A DNA stretch of 54,442 nucleotides from Armatimonadota bacterium (GTDB lineage: Bacteria > Armatimonadota > Armatimonadia > Armatimonadales > Armatimonadaceae). The stretch spans positions 1 through 54,442 of the forward strand of contig JAYUUO010000041.1 of NCBI GenBank assembly GCA_043754515.1, given 5' to 3'. Within the stretch, counting starts at the first letter, position 1, and each line of letters begins with the position of its first letter. The translations under genes were made by a program, and so were the position numbers. The notes under the pieces are model-generated. The model worked only from the letters and a program-made list of their open reading frames with translations. It was not told the origin of the DNA and ran no database searches. Below are positions 47,468 through 54,442 of this stretch, in pieces.

Positions 47468-47496
47468 TTGACAGACGGCACCGCGTGAGGCATAAT
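47468..47496 (+). promoter_or_regulatory. sigma70 promoter of dxs
   Basis: TTGACA-N17-CATAAT. Confidence 0.75.
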
Positions 47497-47678
47497 AGAT
47501 GATACGCTTTGTAAAAAGAAGTGAATATGTTCATTAATTCGGTGTCTAAAGAATGGCTGCCCAAATTAGGCGGAGCAACATCGGCGGGCGGGTTCGTGTC
47601 GCGGTGGGTTCCACGGGGAATATTCACGAAAGACACGATCGGGGTCGGGTGAGAGAAGGGCGTACTTACACAAACATC

Positions 47679-49652
47679 ATGAGCGATTACAGTGACGAGG
47701 AGATGGGGCACGGGGCGGATAATTTCCCGCTACTGGATCAACTGGCGGGGCCAGAAGACCTCAAAGGGATGAACGGCGACGCGTTGCGCACCCTTTCGGC
47801 GGAGATACGGCAGGGTCTCATCCAGACGATCTCGCGGGTCGGCGGGCACTTTGCGCCGAATCTAGGGGTGGTCGAGCTGACCGTCGCGCTGTACAAGGCG
47901 TTCGACATCCCCCGCGACAAGGTGATCTGGGACGTCGGGCACCAATCCTACCCGCACAAGATGCTCACCGGTCGCTGGAAGCGGCTCGCTACCATCAAGC
48001 AGTACGGCGGCATTTCCGGCTTCCTGCGGCGCGACGAGTCGCCGTACGACACGTGGGGCGCGGGCCACGCCTCGACCTCCATCTCCGCCGCGCTCGGGTT
48101 CGCCAAAGCGCGCGACATACGCGGCGAGAAGAATCACGTGGTCGCGGTGATCGGCGACGGCTCGATGACGGGCGGCATGGCCCTCGAAGCGATGCTGAAC
48201 GCGGGCATCGGCAAGACTAATTTTATCGTGGTTCTGAACGACAACAAGATGAGTATCGCCGAGAACGTCGGCGCGATGGCGACATACCTGGCGAAACTGC
48301 GACTAATGCCGCTCTACCAGCGTGCCGAGGCGCGAGTCAAGCGCACCTTTGAGAAAGACAGCCTCCTTTACAAAACGGCGGCGGGCCTGAAGCACGCGGC
48401 GACGCACTTCGCGGCCCCGGCGAACACCGGGCTGTTCTTCGAGGAACTGGGTTTTCAGTACATCGGCCCGCTCGACGGGCACGACGCCGAGAACCTCGCC
48501 GCGATTTTCGAGGACGTCAAGCGGATCAAGGGTCCCGTCCTCCTGCACGTTCTGACCACGAAGGGCAAAGGGTACGAGCCGGCGGAAGGCGACCAGCGTT
48601 CGTTCCACGCCGTGACGCCGTTCACGGTCGAGGACGGCAAGATGGAGAAGAAATCGTCCGGCACGACGTTCACGCAGGCGTTCGTGGAAGCGTTAAACGC
48701 CGAGGCGGAGACGGACAAAACTATCGTCGGGATCACCGCCGCGATGCCGGATGGCACGGGCCTCGCGAAGTTCCAGCAGAAGTTCCCCGACCGGTATTTC
48801 GACGTCGGGATCGCCGAGCAACACGGCGTGACGTTCGCGGCGGGCCTCGCGGCGGACGGCATGACGCCGGTCTGCGCCATCTACTCGACGTTCCTGCAAC
48901 GCGCCTACGATCAGATCGTGCATGATGTCGCGCTCCAGAATCTGCCGGTCGTGTTCGCGATTGACCGGGGCGGCCTGGTCGGTGACGACGGCGCGACGCA
49001 CCACGGGGTGTTCGACATCGCCTACCTGCGCTCGATTCCCGGCATGACGCTCCTGTCGCCTAAGGACACGGCGGAAATGGGCGAGATGACGCGCTGGTCG
49101 CTCCGGCACAAGATGGGGCCAGTCGCGCTCCGCTACCCGCGCGGCGGTAGCGAGTTGCTCGATCCGCTAACCGCGCCGATTGAGTGGGGTAAGGCGGAAG
49201 TTCTGCGTGAGGGGGACGACGTGCTACTCCTGGCGTACGGGCCGCTCGTTTCGGTCGCGCTGGACGCGGCACGGCAGATGGAGGCGGAACACGGAGTACG
49301 CGCCACGGTCGTCAACGCCCGCTTCTGCAAGCCATTAGACGCCGAGACGATCCTGCCGCTGGTTCGGCGCATCGGGAACGTGGTGACGCTGGAGGACGGC
49401 GTGGTCACGGGCGGTTTCGGATCGGCGGTGCTGGAGTTGCTGGACGAGAACGGCGTCACGGACGCGTCCGTCAAGCGTATAGGGTTACCGGATCACTTCG
49501 TAGAGCACGGGCCGATCCCGATCCTGCGCGGACTATGCGGGATGGACACGCTCGGCGTTTTGAACGCGGTCAGCGAGCTACTAGGGCGGTCGCTCGCGCC
49601 AACGACGCCGGGCGAGACCGCGCTTGCGGGCCGCGTTGCCTCGCGGATGTAG
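47679..49652 (+). CDS. dxs: 1-deoxy-D-xylulose-5-phosphate synthase
   Basis: GGH..PNLGVVELT, WDVGHQSYPHK, GDGSMTGG, DVGIAEQH, YSTFLQRAYDQ, DGATHHG. Confidence 0.97.
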   Translation: MSDYSDEEMGHGADNFPLLDQLAGPEDLKGMNGDALRTLSAEIRQGLIQTISRVGGHFAPNLGVVELTVALYKAFDIPRDKVIWDVGHQSYPHKMLTGRWKRLATIKQYGGISGFLRRDESPYDTWGAGHASTSISAALGFAKARDIRGEKNHVVAVIGDGSMTGGMALEAMLNAGIGKTNFIVVLNDNKMSIAENVGAMATYLAKLRLMPLYQRAEARVKRTFEKDSLLYKTAAGLKHAATHFAAPANTGLFFEELGFQYIGPLDGHDAENLAAIFEDVKRIKGPVLLHVLTTKGKGYEPAEGDQRSFHAVTPFTVEDGKMEKKSSGTTFTQAFVEALNAEAETDKTIVGITAAMPDGTGLAKFQQKFPDRYFDVGIAEQHGVTFAAGLAADGMTPVCAIYSTFLQRAYDQIVHDVALQNLPVVFAIDRGGLVGDDGATHHGVFDIAYLRSIPGMTLLSPKDTAEMGEMTRWSLRHKMGPVALRYPRGGSELLDPLTAPIEWGKAEVLREGDDVLLLAYGPLVSVALDAARQMEAEHGVRATVVNARFCKPLDAETILPLVRRIGNVVTLEDGVVTGGFGSAVLELLDENGVTDASVKRIGLPDHFVEHGPIPILRGLCGMDTLGVLNAVSELLGRSLAPTTPGETALAGRVASRM

Positions 49653-49765
49653 ATGTGAAAGTACGCACAACGTCATGCTTGCAATGCTTATGCAAAATGT
49701 TGAACATAATCCGCTTTCGTAACAGAATAAAAAAATAGTTGCTACCGGTGGGCAGGAGAAGAACA

Positions 49766-49921
49766 ATGCCATTGACATCTTTGGATGTCAGTGAAATAAA
49801 AACAGTGCCTCATAGCAACAGTTTCGAGACATTGAAACATGCACTTGGAGCATATCGAACGGAAGGAGTCCGCGATCACCTCGATATTATCATCAGTGGC
49901 TTACCGACAGACGATAAGTAG
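49766..49921 (+). CDS. short AT-rich ORF, possibly a truncated gene
   Basis: RBS AGGAG, then 51 codons; its 3' end overlaps the CPT-like ORF on the other strand. Confidence 0.3.
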   Translation: MPLTSLDVSEIKTVPHSNSFETLKHALGAYRTEGVRDHLDIIISGLPTDDK

Positions 49922-50406
49922 ATACCGCGCGGGATCGTATAAAACTGGGAACGGGCGAGTCCACGGGGGCGGTTGCCGCGCGCTGATTCCCGCTCCACTA
50001 GCACATCGAGCGGACAGTATACGTCGACCATGAGCGGTCTCAGCGGCTCCCAGACGGGACGGCAAGCGCGGAGTCCGTCGGCCGTGAACCCGGTTTCGAC
50101 TATCACATTATGCCCCAGCCTAACTAAAGCGGCGGTCGCGTGGCACATCCCGGTGATGAAGCCGGTCACCACGCTCCCGAATGCGATCGCCTCGATCTCC
50201 CCGGTTGGCGAGAAAGCGAACCGCACCCCGTCCTCGCGTCCCCAGTAGCGGAGCGGCAACATCGCGAAGAAGTGATCGAACCCGGTCAGAAGGTAGGTCG
50301 CGCCCGTATCCTCGCGCAGTGCCTCGCCGAGCGACGTCTTGCCGGAACTGGACGGGCCGTTCAGCCAGATCAGATCGCCCCCGGTCGTCGCCCCGCCAGG
50401 CGCCAC
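49876..50406 (-). pseudogene. chloramphenicol-phosphotransferase-like P-loop kinase, probably 3'-truncated
   Basis: LNGPSSSGKT, G.NVIVE, V.CPL.VL..RE..RG.R..GLA..Q. The usual C-terminal YDL.VDT segment is missing; start is uncertain. Confidence 0.6.
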
Positions 50407-50477
50407 CCCGCGCGATCCGTCCCTGGAGTTAAAATCGGTGTCGGCTAAAAAACATCGAAGCACCTCTGCCCTCGCGC

Positions 50478-51368
50478 CTACTGCGCCAGCAGATCCGCCC
50501 ACGACGTCGCTGACAGGATGCGTTCGGCCAGCATCTCCAGCCGGTCGAGGCTCGCTGTTGCGCTCAGCACCGCGATCACCATGTCATCCGGCGGCCCGAA
50601 TCGGACCGTGCCCATCTTGACGATGATTTTCCTGGCCTCCTCCGCGCGCCCGGCGATCACACCCTCGTTGCGGCCGGTGACCAGGCCCTCCGCGCGCCCC
50701 TTGCTTACGATGTACTGATAGTAGGTTGATTCCTCCATGATGTCTGATTCCTTCAAAACGTTTTCGATGAACGCGACGTCGAACCGCAGCTCCATCAGTA
50801 CCCCGGTGACGACCCACAGTACCGCCGCTGTCCGCGCGTCCGGTTGCGCCCGTAGCTCTCCCTCAATGCGGTTTAACACGCCGGGAATATCGCTCTTCGC
50901 GACGTCCGCGAGCGACGCGAGCGGTAGCGCGCCCAGTCCCGCGCCGAGGAACGTTTCGGGCGCCTGCTCCCACACCCGCAAGACTCGGTAGCGGAACGCG
51001 ATTGACTGCTTGCCTTCCGAGTCGGGTAGCGTGCAGTCGCCGGTAAGCACGCCGTGCCGGTCAGCGTCCCGCCGTAGCAACACGATCACGCTCTCGACCG
51101 GCAGACCGTGCTTGCCGCATGGTAGCACATTGTAGCGTAGAAGTCGGTCAACGAGCGTCACGTCCCACGACGTCTGTAGCTCGATCTGTGCCAGATAAGG
51201 TTGCGCGGCGTCCACGCGTAGCACCCGGTCGGATTCCGCCGTGACCGTGGACAGGTCCGCGCTGATGACATGCGCCGCGCCGACGGGCAACCCCAACAGG
51301 CGGAGCCAGTCGAGGGGGTGATCCTCGATCAGCTGTTTGGACGCGACGTCGAACGGTTTTCCGGGCAC
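50478..51368 (-). CDS. Rpn/DUF4351-like PD-(D/E)XK protein
   Basis: KPFD...K.L, IELQ, RLLRY, YRV.RVWE, MEEST.YQ.I...G..EG...G..E repeats, RFG. Confidence 0.8.
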   Translation of the reverse strand: MPGKPFDVASKQLIEDHPLDWLRLLGLPVGAAHVISADLSTVTAESDRVLRVDAAQPYLAQIELQTSWDVTLVDRLLRYNVLPCGKHGLPVESVIVLLRRDADRHGVLTGDCTLPDSEGKQSIAFRYRVLRVWEQAPETFLGAGLGALPLASLADVAKSDIPGVLNRIEGELRAQPDARTAAVLWVVTGVLMELRFDVAFIENVLKESDIMEESTYYQYIVSKGRAEGLVTGRNEGVIAGRAEEARKIIVKMGTVRFGPPDDMVIAVLSATASLDRLEMLAERILSATSWADLLAQ

Positions 51369-51440
51369 GGGCTGATTATGCCGCCAAAGCGAGGGGGTGT
51401 CTCGACGGGCCGGGAACGGGATGTCGGCAGCCCCTGCCTA

Positions 51441-53060
51441 CTATCGCGCTCTGAGCAGGGTACCCGGCGGCGAGTCCAGAAACTCGACCGCCGGGTTCTT
51501 CTCGATCAGATAGTTCATGCCCCACTCCGACTCGAACAGCACGCACAGGTTTTCGTCCTCGTCTATCACGCGCTTCGTGCCGTTCGTCCAGAAGATGTTC
51601 TTGATCGCGTCCGGCGAACCGTCCAGCCAGCGCAGGAAACTGTACGGCGTGTTCTCTACGCCCGTCTCGACGTTGTACTCCGCCCGCATTCGGAACTGCA
51701 CGACCTCCAGCTGGAGCATCCCGACCACGCCCAGGATCGGCTCCATGCGCGACGCCTGCGTGTCGTAGAATACCTGGATGATCCCCTCCTCCGCGAGTTG
51801 CTGGACGCCTTTTTGGAAGTTTTTGTATGCCTCGATCTTGCGGTTTCGGAGCAGGGCGAAATGCTCAGGCGCGAACTTCGGCACCTGATTGAAGCGCAGG
51901 ATCGGGCCGGTACAGACCGTGTCGCCCAGAGCGAACGCACCGGGGTTCGTGAGGCCCACGATGTCGCCGGGGTACGCCTCCTCGACGATTTCGCGGTCCT
52001 GCGCGAACAGCTTCTGCGGCCGCGATAGGCGTATCGTTTTGCCGGTGCGCGCCACGGTCGCGGTCATGTCGCGGTCGAACTTGCCGCTCACCACGCGCAG
52101 AAAGGCGATCCGGTCGCGGTGGTTCGGGTCCATGTTCGCCTGCACCTTGAACACGAAGCCCCGGAACTCCGGCTCCTCCGGGAACACGTCGCCTTTGTCC
52201 GCGAGGCGCGGCGCGGGCGGGGGGGCCATGCCGATGAAGCGGCGCAGGAACGGTTCCACGCCGAAGTTGGTGACCGCCGAGCCGAAGAACACGGGAGAAA
52301 TCTCGCCCCGCGCGATCCGCCCGGGGTCGAGTGGCGCGCCCGCGCCGTCTAGAAGCTCGATGTCGCCGATCAACTTCTCATACCCTTCGGTGCCTATCAG
52401 TGGCTCCAGCGTCGCGCGGTCCGCAAGGTCCGTCGCCTGCACGGGCGCGCGGTACGCCCCGTGTTGCGTGCGCTCGAACAGGAAAATCTCGCCGCTCGTT
52501 CGGTCATACACGCCCTTGAATCTGTCGCCGCCTTCCCCGACCGGGTAGTTCACCGGCACGCACTCGATCCCGAGTAGGTCGCCAATCTCGTCCATCAGGT
52601 CGAGAGGGTCGCGGCTTGGTCGGTCCATCTTGTTGATAAACGTGAAGATCGGGATGCCGCGCTGACGGCAGACTTTGAACAGTTTGCGGGTCTGCGGCTC
52701 CACGCCTTTCGCGGCGTCAATCAGCATCACCGCGCTGTCGGCGGCGACGAGCGTGCGGTACGTGTCCTCGGAAAAGTCTTCGTGGCCAGGTGTGTCGAGC
52801 AGGTTCAGCACATAGCCGTTGTAGGGAAACTGGAGCACGGTGGACGTGATCGAAATGCCGCGCTGCTTTTCGAGTTCCATCCAGTCCGAGGTCGCGGCGC
52901 GCCGGTTCTTGCGGGCGGCGACGCTGCCTGCCATATTGATCGCCCCCCCGTAAAGGAGTAGTTTCTCGGTGAGCGTGGTCTTCCCCGCGTCGGGGTGCGA
53001 GATGATGGCGAAAGTGCGGCGGCGGGCGATCTCGTGTAGTCGTTCGGGTTCAGTGGTCAT
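51441..53060 (-). CDS. prfC: peptide chain release factor 3
   Basis: RRRTFAIISHPDAGKTTLTEK, SDWMELEKQRGIS, DTPGHEDFSEDTYR, QANMDP.HRDR. Confidence 0.97.
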   Translation of the reverse strand: MTTEPERLHEIARRRTFAIISHPDAGKTTLTEKLLLYGGAINMAGSVAARKNRRAATSDWMELEKQRGISITSTVLQFPYNGYVLNLLDTPGHEDFSEDTYRTLVAADSAVMLIDAAKGVEPQTRKLFKVCRQRGIPIFTFINKMDRPSRDPLDLMDEIGDLLGIECVPVNYPVGEGGDRFKGVYDRTSGEIFLFERTQHGAYRAPVQATDLADRATLEPLIGTEGYEKLIGDIELLDGAGAPLDPGRIARGEISPVFFGSAVTNFGVEPFLRRFIGMAPPPAPRLADKGDVFPEEPEFRGFVFKVQANMDPNHRDRIAFLRVVSGKFDRDMTATVARTGKTIRLSRPQKLFAQDREIVEEAYPGDIVGLTNPGAFALGDTVCTGPILRFNQVPKFAPEHFALLRNRKIEAYKNFQKGVQQLAEEGIIQVFYDTQASRMEPILGVVGMLQLEVVQFRMRAEYNVETGVENTPYSFLRWLDGSPDAIKNIFWTNGTKRVIDEDENLCVLFESEWGMNYLIEKNPAVEFLDSPPGTLLRAR

Positions 53061-53101
53061 TACGCGGGTATTGTATCGCACGGTGTCACAGTAAAATTCG
53101 G

Positions 53102-53518
53102 CTAACCGTTTCCCCTCTTACCGACTTTGTTGAGGGGCGGATTGAGCCGTGAAATCAGCCACTCCTCTATCGCGGGTGCTTCGAACTCGTGTCCCGGTGG
53201 CAAAGCAATGACGTAAATATATCGGGTGGCGTCGTGATGGGTAGACTTCGCCATCGCTTCCCTGTTGATGCCATAACCGAAGTACCCTGCCATTCTGTAG
53301 CCGAAGTCGTTGCTGTTCGATACTTTCCCGACATATGTAAGTGTGTTTTCTTCGTCAACAAAGCAATACACTCCCTTCTAGCGCATGAACGGATAGTTGG
53401 TGGGCCAGTCAATCTTCAAATCGTACGGTCTTAGAAACGCGAGAGGCAGGATACCGGGTCGTGGGAAATTTTTGTTAAACTCATCTAAAGCGTTTTGTAA
53501 GGTTACAGGTACTTGCAT
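53102..53518 (-). pseudogene. GIY-YIG-like nuclease with internal TAG
   Basis: MQVPVTL...YPFMR*KGVYCF...TYVGK...R...E..LI..LNPPLN; stop at 53378-53380; AT-rich. Confidence 0.7.
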
Positions 53519-53562
53519 GAGTTCTCCGTTCGGCGATAGCATACCACAAGGCAGATAACAAG

Positions 53563-53901
53563 ATGGCTACCATAGAGCAATTGCGCGGCGCGATCGCGCG
53601 CGTATTCGCGTCGTGGGAGGCGTACCCCGACCCTGTGCTGTCGAGGTTTCGTATCGTCGGCGTGTCCGACACCACACATGATCGCTACACTCTGACGCGT
53701 TTGAACGATTAAAAAAGGCGATTCAAGTCGCATATGCTCGAAAAACTCGAAATTCAAGGCAACAAAATCTGGGTTATCACCGACAACACCGAGGACGGAG
53801 TCGCGACCGAACTGGTCGCGAAGAGGATTGGCAGAGAACAGATCGTGCTGGGCTTCTACTTGCCCGCGACCCGCGAGATCGGCGAGTTCGCGGTCGCGTA
53901 G
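53563..53901 (+). pseudogene. xisI: XisI-family protein with internal TAA
   Basis: D...DRY.L...*...KIWV..DNTE.GVA.ELV...I...QIVLGF...FAVA; stop at 53710-53712. Confidence 0.8.
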
Positions 53902-53917
53902 ACGGGATAATCGCCGT

Positions 53918-54142
53918 ATGCGGACTGCGCAAGAAATCTACCGCCGCGAGGTCGCGTCGCTCCCTGTCGGCGAGCAGTTGCGCCTCGCCACTCTTATTCG
54001 GAGTCAGGTGACACGCCATTTTCCCCCGTCGAAAGACGCGCCGGTTGACGAGTCGGACGAGTGGAGCGACGACGATCTGCTCGAGTGGACCCGAGGAACA
54101 CACGCGGCGTTTCCGGCGATGGGTCAGGGCGAGCGCATCTGA
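53918..54142 (+). CDS. small antitoxin-like protein with C-terminus altered by the MITE
   Basis: MRTAQEIY...SLP.GEQLRLA.LI...DESDEWSDDDL; the stop codon lies inside MITE copy 2. Confidence 0.5.
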   Translation: MRTAQEIYRREVASLPVGEQLRLATLIRSQVTRHFPPSKDAPVDESDEWSDDDLLEWTRGTHAAFPAMGQGERI

Positions 54143-54219
54143 AACTGTTGGGTCGGGCGGATTCCACCCACCCGACCTACCGAACGTGGGTAGCCGACAA
54201 TTTAGATGCGCCCGACCTA
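54125..54219. mobile_element. MITE copy 2 (ISAs1-like ends)
   Basis: CAGGGCGAGCGCATCTGAAACTGTTGG...CCGACAATTTAGATGCGCCCGACCTA. Flanking direct repeat GCGATGGG at 54116-54123 and 54220-54227. Confidence 0.8.
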
Positions 54220-54331
54220 GCGATGGGCTGGGCGTCGGCTCGCGCCGGTGGATTCGGGCGATGAATCGTTCGCGGGCGCGCGGGCGCGGGCGCGGCTCGT
54301 ACACGGCGTTAAAACGATGCAGGCGACGCCT

Positions 54332-54442
54332 CTAAGCCGCGAAACCGGTTAGTACCCGCGCGAGCGTGCCGGCTAGATTGATGGCGAGCGCGAGCAGGAG
54401 GATGCCACGCCCGAACCGGTAGGCACCCCCGCTCGCCTTGTG
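54332..54442 (-). CDS. 3' end of a probable membrane protein (partial, runs off the window)
   Basis: Open frame ...RFGRGILLLALAINLAGTLARVLTGFAA*. Confidence 0.4.
   Translation of the reverse strand, partial: HKASGGAYRFGRGILLLALAINLAGTLARVLTGFAA

Noticed and set aside
17103..53380. Amber (TAG) recoding or read-through, suggested by five in-frame TAGs (17103, 23312, 23324, 23582, 53378)
   Set aside because: Intact genes such as dxs, prfC, mtnP and the Gfo oxidoreductase end in TAG at their expected termini. The same pseudogenes also carry TGA, TAA or frameshifts, and the implied residues differ (Trp versus Gln). Ordinary transition mutations explain the pattern.

Overview
A 54.4 kb chromosomal segment from a high-GC bacterium, probably Armatimonadota. 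That assignment is inferred from a DUF1559/H-X9-DG prepilin-type protein, an exosortase-EpsI pair, a copper-amine-oxidase stalk protein and PAS-fused Rsb-type enzymes. Housekeeping genes are nth, tRNA-Arg(CCG), purN, mtnP, mutL, dxs and prfC. They alternate with an ECF sigma/anti-sigma operon, carbohydrate genes (GH8 with LacI-type operators, GH27/36-like, two CBM-like paralogs, cupin PGI-like), envelope genes and a crtY-blh retinal module that has no opsin in the window. Several accessory genes are pseudogenes (PAS-PP2C, HEPN pair, GIY-YIG, xisI, CPT-like). Best leads: (1) a Vps4/Cdc48-like TPR-AAA ATPase with tandem TPR-membrane genes and a candidate structured RNA between them; (2) an ISAs1-like MITE family with target-site duplications; (3) a 180-bp palindromic element carried in frame inside mutL; (4) an Asp-motif-rich unknown protein between dxs and crtY-blh; (5) a triplicated membrane/ankyrin family; (6) many apparently leaderless genes. 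No CRISPR array, rRNA, integrase or complete transposase was seen. All family calls come from motif recognition by eye, with no database search.
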